DNA of 64,000 nt from Candidatus Buchananbacteria bacterium (lineage in GTDB: Bacteria > Patescibacteriota > Patescibacteriia > 2-01-FULL-39-33): NCBI GenBank assembly GCA_030650095.1, contig JAUSEE010000036.1, positions 6,490 through 70,489 on the forward strand, written 5' to 3'. Of this stretch, positions 9,988 to 17,772 are shown one piece after another; position 1 is the stretch's first letter, and the number at the start of each line of letters is the position of its first letter. Position numbers and translations under genes: made by a program. A model generated the notes under the pieces. That model had not been told where the DNA came from. It saw only the letters and a program-made list of their open reading frames with translations, and searched no databases.

Positions 9988-11074
9988 AATTTTCTGTCAT
10001 TTTTGATAAGAGGCTGTTAACCTTATTTTTAAAATTATCAACGCTGAATTTTTCGGCTTGCGATCTTATAAAATAAGGATCGTATTTTTGGCTGTTGAAT
10101 CTGATGACTTTATCGGCCAATTCCTCCCACCATTGTTCCTCAAAAAATTCGCCTGTCTGGCCTTCGATTATAGTTTCGGTGGCGCCGCCCGATTTATAAG
10201 CTATCACCGGCCGGCCGGCCGCCATAGCCTCTACAGCCGTAATGCCGAAATCCTCTTCTTGCGGATTCAAATAAGCCAGGCAATTGGCATAAAGGCTTTT
10301 TTTCTGCTCGTCTGACACTTTGCCCAAAAATTTTATATTTGATTTGGCCAAGTTTTTTAAATATTTCATTTCCGGACCAACGCCAAAAATCTTCAGCGGT
10401 ATGCCCAGCCGGGAAAAAGCTTTGACGGCCAAATCTATTTTTTTATAAGGCACCAGCCGGCCACCGGCCAAATAATATTTCTTCGGCCTGGACGAAATAT
10501 AAAAACTGCTAACATCAACCGGCGGATAAATAATCTCGCTCTCCCGATTATAATATTTTTTAATCCTGCTTTGAACAGTTTTAGAATTAGCCACAAAAAA
10601 ATCAACCCGATCAGAGGCTAATTTGTCCCACTGCCTCAGCTTTCTTAAAGTAAAAGGCAAAATCATTTTAACCAAAGGATTCACTTTTAAACCCTCAACA
10701 TAAGAATAAGTATCGGTCCAAAGAAACCTGGTGGGAGTATGGCAATAACAAATATGCAAACTGCCCGGCTTGGTTATTACTCCTTTGGAAAAAGACGAGG
10801 CGCTGGAGATGATCAAATCATAATCTTCTAGATTATGGCTCTCGGTTGCTAGCGGCATCAGAGCCAGCCACCATTGGTATCTTTTAACCCCCAACGGAAT
10901 CTTCTGTAAAAAAGAAGTTTTTATTTCCTTGTCCCTAAAGAAAGCATTGGTATTGTTTCTATCAATCAGCAACGTAAAAATAGGCGCTTCCGGGAACATT
11001 TCCTTGAGCGCTATTAAAACCCTCTCTGCTCCGCCATCTTGGGCCAGATGATCGTGGACTAAAGCAATTTTCAT
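9971..11074 (-). CDS. Glycosyltransferase family 4
   Basis: 367 aa with signature EDFGITAVEAMAAGRPVIAYKSGGATETI. Overlaps the downstream glycosyltransferase by 17 bp, which suggests translational coupling. Confidence 0.8.
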   Translation of the reverse strand: MKIALVHDHLAQDGGAERVLIALKEMFPEAPIFTLLIDRNNTNAFFRDKEIKTSFLQKIPLGVKRYQWWLALMPLATESHNLEDYDLIISSASSFSKGVITKPGSLHICYCHTPTRFLWTDTYSYVEGLKVNPLVKMILPFTLRKLRQWDKLASDRVDFFVANSKTVQSRIKKYYNRESEIIYPPVDVSSFYISSRPKKYYLAGGRLVPYKKIDLAVKAFSRLGIPLKIFGVGPEMKYLKNLAKSNIKFLGKVSDEQKKSLYANCLAYLNPQEEDFGITAVEAMAAGRPVIAYKSGGATETIIEGQTGEFFEEQWWEELADKVIRFNSQKYDPYFIRSQAEKFSVDNFKNKVNSLLSKMTENYENRD

Positions 11075-11107
11075 GGCTTAATATTAACAAAATTAAGCCT
11101 TTTTTGG

Positions 11108-11150
11108 CAAATAAAAAGCCGCTCAAATTATTAAGCGGCTTTATTTTTTT
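11108..11150. terminator. Bidirectional intrinsic terminator hairpin
   Basis: aaaagccgctcaaattattaagcggcttt flanked by an A-run and a T-run. Preceded by the conserved motif ttttggcaaataaaaagc. Confidence 0.5.
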
Positions 11151-11409
11151 CAGTCTGCTCTTTTATAATATCTTCCAGATTTTTTTCCAATTTAATCGGA
11201 TTAATGAGATTAAAAAACTGAAGCAAAAAAGCAACTGGAATATAAATAGGCCAAGTGAGGGCGACAATTTTTCCAGAAATCACCAGAGTGGAGTTATTTT
11301 CCATATGGATACTCTGCCTGTACCTCTTAAAATGTGTCAGGAGCGTATTAGATACGGCAATATACAAAATGACAAAATACAAAAGCAGCCAGAAACTCAT
11401 CATTGTCAT
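11131..11409 (-). CDS. Small membrane protein (92 aa)
   Basis: Two hydrophobic helices (FWLLLYFVILYIAVS and LTWPIYIPVAFLLQFF). Confidence 0.45.
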   Translation of the reverse strand: MTMMSFWLLLYFVILYIAVSNTLLTHFKRYRQSIHMENNSTLVISGKIVALTWPIYIPVAFLLQFFNLINPIKLEKNLEDIIKEQTEKNKAA

Positions 11410-11515
11410 CCTTGGATGTTAAGGTGCGATAAATAACTTAGCATACAAAACAATCTTTTGGCAAATAAAAAGCAGGTTTATTAGCCTGCTGTTTTGAATA
11501 ATAAATTATTCATTA

Positions 11516-11938
11516 TTACTTAGTGTCAAATTTGCTTGGTTCTTTTTCACCTTCTTTCCAGCCTTTGACAAATTCCTTAACTTTTTTGGCACTATAGCGG
11601 CCAACCATTTTTGATTTATTCAAATCAATCACGGATTTTTCCAAGTCATCACTGGTGCCACTGATTTCATCTTTGCCTGGAGAAATAGACGTATAAATAA
11701 AAGCCATGCCGTCTTCGGTTGAACCACAACTTATTTTAATTGGCTGTCCCCACCAATCTGTGATATCAGTGAAAACATACCCATCTTCTACTTCCCGAAT
11801 TTTAGCCAAATCAGAAGCTAATTCCAAACTACCGTTGGTAATAAGAGTTGGTATGATTAAATTGAACAAGAAAACGCACAAAAGTAATGCCGCAATAAAT
11901 GCCAGAAATATCAACATAATCTTGGTATTCTTTTTCAT
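11516..11938 (-). CDS. Hypothetical secreted or membrane-anchored protein (140 aa)
   Basis: N-terminal signal or anchor MKKNTKIMLIFLAFIAALLLCVFLF. Followed at 11470-11500 by a terminator hairpin plus T-run. Confidence 0.5.
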   Translation of the reverse strand: MKKNTKIMLIFLAFIAALLLCVFLFNLIIPTLITNGSLELASDLAKIREVEDGYVFTDITDWWGQPIKISCGSTEDGMAFIYTSISPGKDEISGTSDDLEKSVIDLNKSKMVGRYSAKKVKEFVKGWKEGEKEPSKFDTK

Positions 11939-12039
11939 TCTTATCTCCTTTTGTCTTTATGGATCCAAGCGTGATTGGCCTACAAGGTACAACATAACAG
12001 TATACAATGGATTTCTAAAAATGTCAAGGTTTTAACAAG

Positions 12040-13443
12040 TTATTCCGTCTTTCTTCTTTTTAAAACAGCAAAGGGCGTCTTAAGCAGAATTAGAAAATCC
12101 AACTTAGGACTCCAATTTTCCATGTACCAAATATCCAATCTTATTTCTTCATCAAAATCCAAATCAGATCGGCCGGAAACTTGAGCCATGCCGGTCATGC
12201 CCGGTTTAACAGTTAAAACGCGCTTCTGATGGCTATTATATTCGGCCACCTCTTCAACCTCATGCGGACGAGGTCCAACCAAGCTCATCTTGCCGATAAA
12301 AACATTAAACAGCTCCGGCAACTCGTCTACGGAAAATCTTCTGATAATTTTCCCCACCCTGGTTATGCGCGGATCATTTTTAAACTTAATCATGGGCGTG
12401 CCTTGGCGCAAATTTTCATGCTCTTTTACAAAATCATCATCAAATCTCTTTTGGTGCGCGTCTTTTATCATGGAACGGAATTTGAAATATCTAAAAGGCC
12501 GGCCTAATTGGCCGATGCGCTGGTAAGAAAAAAATATCCCTCCCTTAGAATCAACTATTATAAACAAGGCAGTTACAAGCAAGATGGGCGAAGCGATGAT
12601 TATAAAAACAGAAGAAATCAATATATCAAAAAATCTTTTATAGATTTTGCCCCAGCCGTCTAACTTGGTTTTCTTAACTTCTATTATCGGCAGGCTGGCA
12701 ATGGTATTGAATTCAAAATTAGTTATGGGGGTATCAAAAATGCCAGCCACAAATTTTAAGGTAATGTGGTTTAAATAAGAAAAATCATTAAGCTGATTTA
12801 CTTCCTCATCTAAAATATTTGAATCGGCCACCAAAACTTCATCTATCTTGTCGGATTTGATCATTTGCAGTATTTCTTTTTCCGTCAAAGAACTAAAGTC
12901 AGAAAATCGGCCAACAACTTTAAAGCCGGCTTTAACATCGCTTTTAAAACTTTCTGCCACTTCCTGAGCTAACTTACCTTTGCCGATTATAACAACGCGG
13001 TGCACGCCCAAACCGTATTTATAAAGATAATGCTGAATGAAACGAATTATGCCCCGAGCGATAATGACAAAAACAGTAGAAAAAATCCAACCGACAATTA
13101 TGATAAAACGGGAATCGAATAAATTTCGGCTGAAGAAAAATATAAACATCAAAATCGCCACCGCCGTGGAAGATCCAAGTATGATTTTATAAACCTCATC
13201 AATCGGCCGCCTGGTACCGCGCATGGAATAAAGGCCGGCCAGAGTAAAGCCGATTGTCCAGATAAAAGCTATACCCCACAAGAGAGCCAGATAAGATTCA
13301 AAAGACAAAGCAAAAACAGCCGGTCTAATTTCCTGAATCGGCTGCCAAAAACGGATAAAATAAGAAGCAATTCCAGCCAAGACAACAGTTAGATAATCAA
13401 TTGGTACCAAACTGGCTGAAATAGCTATTTCTGATCTTTTCAT
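12040..13443 (-). CDS. Polyprenyl (undecaprenyl)-phosphate glycosylphosphotransferase, WbaP/CpsE-like (bacterial sugar transferase family)
   Basis: N-terminal TM helices, then KRFFDILISSVFIIIASPILLVTALFIIVDSKGGIFFSYQRIG…KFRSM…DELPELFNVFIGKMSLVGPRP…PGMTGMAQVSGR. These are the hallmark motifs of the sugar-transferase family. Confidence 0.85.
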   Translation of the reverse strand: MKRSEIAISASLVPIDYLTVVLAGIASYFIRFWQPIQEIRPAVFALSFESYLALLWGIAFIWTIGFTLAGLYSMRGTRRPIDEVYKIILGSSTAVAILMFIFFFSRNLFDSRFIIIVGWIFSTVFVIIARGIIRFIQHYLYKYGLGVHRVVIIGKGKLAQEVAESFKSDVKAGFKVVGRFSDFSSLTEKEILQMIKSDKIDEVLVADSNILDEEVNQLNDFSYLNHITLKFVAGIFDTPITNFEFNTIASLPIIEVKKTKLDGWGKIYKRFFDILISSVFIIIASPILLVTALFIIVDSKGGIFFSYQRIGQLGRPFRYFKFRSMIKDAHQKRFDDDFVKEHENLRQGTPMIKFKNDPRITRVGKIIRRFSVDELPELFNVFIGKMSLVGPRPHEVEEVAEYNSHQKRVLTVKPGMTGMAQVSGRSDLDFDEEIRLDIWYMENWSPKLDFLILLKTPFAVLKRRKTE

Positions 13444-13462
13444 ATAAATATATTAACATATA

Positions 13463-13491
13463 ATACTACCATATAAAACAAAAATTGTCAA
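13463..13491 (-). promoter_or_regulatory. Sigma70-like promoter (TTGACA-N17-TAGTAT) upstream of the glycosylphosphotransferase gene
   Basis: Minus strand reads ttgacaatttttgttttatatggtagtat, about 20 nt upstream of the ATG at 13443. Confidence 0.4.
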
Positions 13492-13492
13492 T

Positions 13493-13522
13493 AAAAAAAG
13501 AGCCGCCAGCAGCTCTTTTCTT
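13493..13522. terminator. Hairpin plus U-run (gagccgccagcagctc flanked by an A-run and a T-run)
   Basis: Perfect stem gagc…gctc with flanking A7/T4. Lies between rnpB and the sugar-transferase promoter. Confidence 0.4.
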
Positions 13523-13705
13523 CGGTAATACCTACTTGTTTGCCTGAGCAAACTAGCTGGAGAATTTGGCTAGGTTCTATAACCTATTGGCCAAACTCAA
13601 CTGGCGGCTGGGCCTAGACCTACTGGGAAGCGCTTTTAGCCCAATTACGCTTCAGGTAATTTGATTATGGCAACAAAAAAACAACCCGTCAATAGAGTTG
13701 TTCTT

Positions 13706-14197
13706 TTTTGTCCAGATAAGCCTATAAGCCGAATTCTGTTCCCCACATGGGAGATGGCAATCTATCTTGACTGGTCATTGCTGGCCAGTTCTAGCCCCCT
13801 ACTGTATTTGGGGTTGCACCAGGTAGAGTTTACCGCAAACTGCCGGTCGCCGACAGCCGAGTCGTGTAGCTTTAGATTAAGGGGATATCCCATTCTTAGC
13901 CTAAAACACCATGACACTTTTCACCTTTCACCATAGCTTTGCTCTATAAATTCCAAATTGTAAATTACAAATATCAAATAAATTACAAATTAATTTGGAG
14001 CTTGATATTTTGGATTTGTAATTTACAAAGCGAAGCTATGGCTAGTATTGTCTCTGTGGCACTTGTCCTTACTATGCCTTGCGACATAGCAGGTGGGCGT
14101 TACCCACTACCATGACTTTAATCTTAACGATCAAAGAGTGTTCGGACTTTCCTCCCCGATTTAAAAATCGGGGTAGCCATCCAACTTATCTGGACAA
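13706..14197 (-). ncRNA. rnpB: RNase P RNA, bacterial type A, with an AT-rich insertion (about 100 nt, likely a P12 extension)
   Basis: The minus strand contains GGAGGAAAGUCCGAACAC (P4), GGUAACGCC, AAGUGCCACAGAGA, GGUGAAAGGUG, GGUAAACUCUACC and ACAGAAUUCGGCUUAUAGG, all in canonical order. P1 pairs UUGUCCAGAUAAG (5') with CUUAUCUGGACAA (3'). A consensus promoter ends about 5 nt upstream. Confidence 0.85.
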
Positions 14198-14201
14198 AAG
14201 G

Positions 14202-14230
14202 ATTGTATCATAAAAATATGTTAATGTCAA
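14202..14230 (-). promoter_or_regulatory. Consensus sigma70 promoter TTGACA-N17-TACAAT driving rnpB
   Basis: Minus strand reads ttgacattaacatatttttatgatacaat immediately 5' of the RNase P P1 helix. Confidence 0.6.
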
Positions 14231-14310
14231 GTTCTGATAAAAATAAAAGGTTAAATAAATAAAAAACCCCAGCCAAGCAATGCTCAACTGGGGGCTAAAT
14301 TAATGTGCAA

Positions 14311-16173
14311 TTATTTTTCTAATTTTTTTTCAAACTGTTGCAGTTCTTCGGGCGTCATATCTTCCACCTGATCCTTAATTTTTTCTTGAATCGTCGGCGC
14401 AAGATTACGAGCCTTTTCCTGGTCACGGCGCTCATCAGCTTGCTCTTTGACAGCTTGTTCATTTGTTGTGCCATCAAGAAGCGGGATGGCCAGATTGCTG
14501 AATCCGATGACAGGCATGACTTTCTCGCCACTGTTCTCGTACTCCAGATGTACATCATCACCAGGCTGTGTCAATGGCAATTCAGGATGCTCTGTCGCAT
14601 CAAGCGTAAACAGATGCCCGAGGCTTTCTTCCAGCATCAGATAATAGACGCCAGAACCGAAATCATAACCAATACGGACAACTTTGCCATCCAGCGACTC
14701 AACCGCTCGGGAATTGTCCAAAGCGATCTGTTGGCCGTTTTTATCCAACAACCGTTGGTACTGCCGCAGCGCCTGCTCCTGATTATCTCCAACAGCCATC
14801 TTCTGTGGATTCATCATATCCACAATAGCAACGCCTTGAAAAATATGGCTGCCATTAAGGAGCGGGACAACTGAAGCCATAGTACCGTAGCAATTGTATA
14901 ATTGCGGATTAACCCCATGCAATTGCCGAAACTTGATTTTCTCATTATTATTAACAGCACCCAAAATCGCGTCTTCAGTTAATCCGCCGGAAGCTTTGTA
15001 AATCACCGGCTTGCCAGTTCTAGCATCAGTGTAAGCCAGGGCTACCAAGGAATTGTCATTGTTATTGTTTGATGTAATGCCGGTCACCCAATATGGTTCA
15101 CTGTCGGCGCCATAAATCAGTATAGGACTTTGAGCTATAGTCAGTTCATTTTTACCCCACCAGCTGTTGAGCCAGCCTTGGCTATACATGCCATGCCAGG
15201 TAAGATATTTCTGAGCCAGTTCACCAGGAAAAACTCTGTCCATCCACGCCGGTATTTCCTCTAGCGGCACTTCCGTTATTTCTCCGGTCGCTGGATTGAC
15301 TTGAGCCACCATGGTGAGTTTTTCACCCCACCAACCGAACTCCGGCTTGAAAATCGGCACCACCCACCACGGATTGCCTTCCTCGTCAATTTCAAACAGA
15401 TATTCGTACATATCAGAATCCAGAAATCCGTTATAGCGCATGTGGCGTTTGAGGTAGGTGCCAAAATATGAGCTGGGCGCGTATTTCATTTTTTCTTTCA
15501 ATTCCACCAGTTGCGCTTGACGATTAGGATCTTCCGCTGAAACCTGGATATAAGCCGGAATGCCATCATCGACCGAGCAATAGACGGAAAAACTGCGATA
15601 CTCAAGTGGCACAACATAAAACCATTGGTCATGTATCTTTTGCAATGTCACATGTCCAACATCCACTTGAAACTGCGAACCAATAGCACCAGCTTGGCCT
15701 AGTGCCTTATCCGCCTGATACAAAGCATTTTCTCTAGAACCCATCAGCATATGCTTCGGGTCTTTTGGTTGGATATCTTGAGTCCAAATATGTTCTTCCG
15801 GCTGACCGATAAGCGACGCATAGCCACTGGCCTTAAAAACACCACTATTGAAAATAACTGCTCCGATGTAAGTAATAAAAGCAAGCACTACCAAAACCCA
15901 GACCAGAGGCGGAGTACTGCGTCCAGTCCTATAATCGCGAGTATCAGACGATACCAAATCGACTATAGCTGAACATATCCACCAGACAAATATTAATAAT
16001 CCTGGACCGCCAAATAACGGATAAACAGTCGATGGCGCTCCCAGATAAATTATTAGCCAACCAATTATGAAATAAATCACGGCCATAACCGCCGTAATAA
16101 CAAATTCAGCGCCGATCAGTAACGGAGCTGCTCCGACAACGGCGCAAATCAAAGCCACTAATCCACTACTCAT
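14311..16173 (-). CDS. Trp-rich polytopic membrane protein with a large extracytoplasmic domain, unknown family, with higher GC than its neighbours
   Basis: 620 aa with four N-terminal TM helices, a Trp-rich domain (…FGWWGEK…SQGWLNSWWGK…) and a charged C-terminal tail. Terminator hairpin at 14262-14300. Confidence 0.55.
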   Translation of the reverse strand: MSSGLVALICAVVGAAPLLIGAEFVITAVMAVIYFIIGWLIIYLGAPSTVYPLFGGPGLLIFVWWICSAIVDLVSSDTRDYRTGRSTPPLVWVLVVLAFITYIGAVIFNSGVFKASGYASLIGQPEEHIWTQDIQPKDPKHMLMGSRENALYQADKALGQAGAIGSQFQVDVGHVTLQKIHDQWFYVVPLEYRSFSVYCSVDDGIPAYIQVSAEDPNRQAQLVELKEKMKYAPSSYFGTYLKRHMRYNGFLDSDMYEYLFEIDEEGNPWWVVPIFKPEFGWWGEKLTMVAQVNPATGEITEVPLEEIPAWMDRVFPGELAQKYLTWHGMYSQGWLNSWWGKNELTIAQSPILIYGADSEPYWVTGITSNNNNDNSLVALAYTDARTGKPVIYKASGGLTEDAILGAVNNNEKIKFRQLHGVNPQLYNCYGTMASVVPLLNGSHIFQGVAIVDMMNPQKMAVGDNQEQALRQYQRLLDKNGQQIALDNSRAVESLDGKVVRIGYDFGSGVYYLMLEESLGHLFTLDATEHPELPLTQPGDDVHLEYENSGEKVMPVIGFSNLAIPLLDGTTNEQAVKEQADERRDQEKARNLAPTIQEKIKDQVEDMTPEELQQFEKKLEK

Positions 16174-16371
16174 AACTTTCTCCTTGTTGCTTCCGGAATA
16201 ATTCCGGCTAGCAGTTGAAAATGTAACGTGCTCATCAAGCCATTACCTAATGGTAACAGCTTAAATTAGCTAATTGAGCTAACAAATTATATTAGCACTA
16301 AATACCGAATTTGTCAAACTATAAAAACTAAAAAATCTGCCAACCAGGCAGACTTATTAAAAGATAAAAAT

Positions 16372-16770
16372 TTAAACAGCCTTATCGATGGCTTCATTAA
16401 CCAGCTTGTCAGCCTCCTTGTTGTCTTCCCTAAAAACATGGATGAATTTTACTTTTTTAAACTGCTGGGTTAAATTCCAAACCTTTATAAAAAGCGGGGC
16501 TATACCCTCATTTTTAACTTTATATTCGCGATTTAATTGCTTCACCACCAGTTCTGAATCCAGATAACAATCAACTTCTGCCACTCCCCTTTCTTGAGCT
16601 TTGGTTAAACCTAAAATAAGCGCTTGATATTCCGCTTGATTATTAGTAGCTTCGCCAATATATTTTTTAAAAAACAGTTTGTCATCACCCATTTCTAAAA
16701 CCGCGCCTAGGCCGGCCGGGCCGGGATTGCCTCTGGCTCCTCCATCGGTGTGTAAAATCGCTTTGATCAT
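16372..16770 (-). CDS. rnhA: Ribonuclease HI (RNase H type 1)
   Basis: MIKAILHTDGGARGNPGPAGLG…EATNNQAEYQALILGL…DSELVVKQL…FREDNKEAD. The in-frame Met at 16806 is probably not the start, because a plus-strand promoter occupies 16775-16802. Confidence 0.8.
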   Translation of the reverse strand: MIKAILHTDGGARGNPGPAGLGAVLEMGDDKLFFKKYIGEATNNQAEYQALILGLTKAQERGVAEVDCYLDSELVVKQLNREYKVKNEGIAPLFIKVWNLTQQFKKVKFIHVFREDNKEADKLVNEAIDKAV

Positions 16771-16774
16771 GATA

Positions 16775-16802
16775 TTGACATTAATATTATTAAGAGTATA
16801 CT
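16775..16802 (+). promoter_or_regulatory. Sigma70-like promoter TTGACA-N16-TATACT for the small GC-rich gene at 16858
   Basis: ttgacattaatattattaagagtatact, 55 nt upstream of a strong Shine-Dalgarno sequence (aggagatcaatATG). Confidence 0.45.
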
Positions 16803-16857
16803 TCATTTACCGCTCTTTATTATGTTTTCTTGGCCAACAATCAGAAAGGAGATCAAT

Positions 16858-17043
16858 ATGCCACAGGAACAAAAATACGGACCACATTTTTTCGGAAAGG
16901 CAACATTTGTATCAGACTGCGCTATCGCTGAGTGCGCTTGCGGTGCTTCAGAAGGGGCAGTTTCGGGTTGCGGACCGACGCTCAGTCCTGCGCCAGATCC
17001 TTTGCCCGACCCGAGCCAATGCCGACTCAATCCCCTATCTTAA
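16858..17043 (+). CDS. Small Cys/Gly/Ala/Pro-rich peptide (61 aa) in a locally GC-rich segment, function unknown
   Basis: Strong Shine-Dalgarno sequence aggaga 5 nt from the ATG. Product MPQEQKYGPHFFGKATFVSDCAIAECACGASEGAVSGCGPTLSPAPDPLPDPSQCRLNPLS. Intrinsic terminator directly downstream. The supplied ORF starts at an earlier Met (16822) that lacks a Shine-Dalgarno sequence. Confidence 0.5.
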   Translation: MPQEQKYGPHFFGKATFVSDCAIAECACGASEGAVSGCGPTLSPAPDPLPDPSQCRLNPLS

Positions 17044-17057
17044 CCATCGCTCTTTCC

Positions 17058-17090
17058 CGCCTCACTCTCGTAGTGAGGTTTTTATTTTTT
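17058..17090 (+). terminator. Intrinsic terminator (cctcactctcgtagtgagg plus T-run)
   Basis: 8-bp stem followed by tttttatttttt. Confidence 0.6.
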
Positions 17091-17208
17091 TAATTTACCT
17101 TTACTTAAAACAAATAATAATTTATTTAATTATAACAGAAATAACTGGCCTTGTTAAATAAAAAACTCCAGAATAAATATCCCGGAGTTATTAATTGATG
17201 AAGAAAAA

Positions 17209-17676
17209 CTATTTACTTACTACCGCTAAAAAGCCTCTGTAGGCATCCCAAACCATATTGGAATAATCCAATCTCAAACAACGAAAATTTGTTTGAAAAA
17301 CATCCAAGCTGGCTACCGAAGAAAGGCTTCTGGAAAATTGCCAAACAGAACCTAAAGCGGAAATGGGCAGCTGTTTTTGAACTTCCGGATATTTAGCGCC
17401 AAAAAATAAAAGGTGTTCTATTTTGGCTAGCTGGCAATTGGCTTGTTTAATTTCAGCTATGACTTCAGCCGACTCAACAGAATGGTCAAAAGGAAAAACT
17501 CTTAAATCCGCTTCCATTTGCCCGCTGCCGATTATCGGAAAAGTTATTTTAGAAATATCATGATCAATTTCATAGTAACCACCCAAAGAAATCATTTGAT
17601 CGATAGTTAAATCATAATTAATCCTGATGGTAAATAATCTTTGCCTAATCCTATCACTAACAGCGTTGGAAAACAT
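17209..17676 (-). CDS. Hypothetical protein (155 aa)
   Basis: Intact ORF with a terminator hairpin plus T-run downstream at 17160-17205. No recognisable motif. Confidence 0.45.
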   Translation of the reverse strand: MFSNAVSDRIRQRLFTIRINYDLTIDQMISLGGYYEIDHDISKITFPIIGSGQMEADLRVFPFDHSVESAEVIAEIKQANCQLAKIEHLLFFGAKYPEVQKQLPISALGSVWQFSRSLSSVASLDVFQTNFRCLRLDYSNMVWDAYRGFLAVVSK

Positions 17677-17772
17677 GATTATTCCTCCTTGTGCCTATTG
17701 ATCTTTTTATGTAATGTGCTATCTCCTTCTAACTACCAAAGTTATAGCATATCCAAACGGATTGTCAACAAC

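Noticed and set aside
13496-13700. SRP RNA (4.5S) in the structured region next to rnpB
   Set aside because: The conserved domain IV pattern (…GUCAGG.CCGGAAGGAAGCAGC… closed by a GGAA tetraloop) is absent on both strands.
13661-13936. 91-aa plus-strand ORF
   Set aside because: It falls entirely within the RNase P RNA gene on the opposite strand.
14338-14874. 178-aa plus-strand ORF
   Set aside because: It is antisense to the 620-aa membrane protein gene and has no Shine-Dalgarno sequence.
16822-16857. Upstream Met (16822) as the start of the small Cys-rich ORF
   Set aside because: It has no Shine-Dalgarno sequence and would overlap the predicted promoter transcription start. The internal Met at 16858 has a near-ideal AGGAGA spacing.
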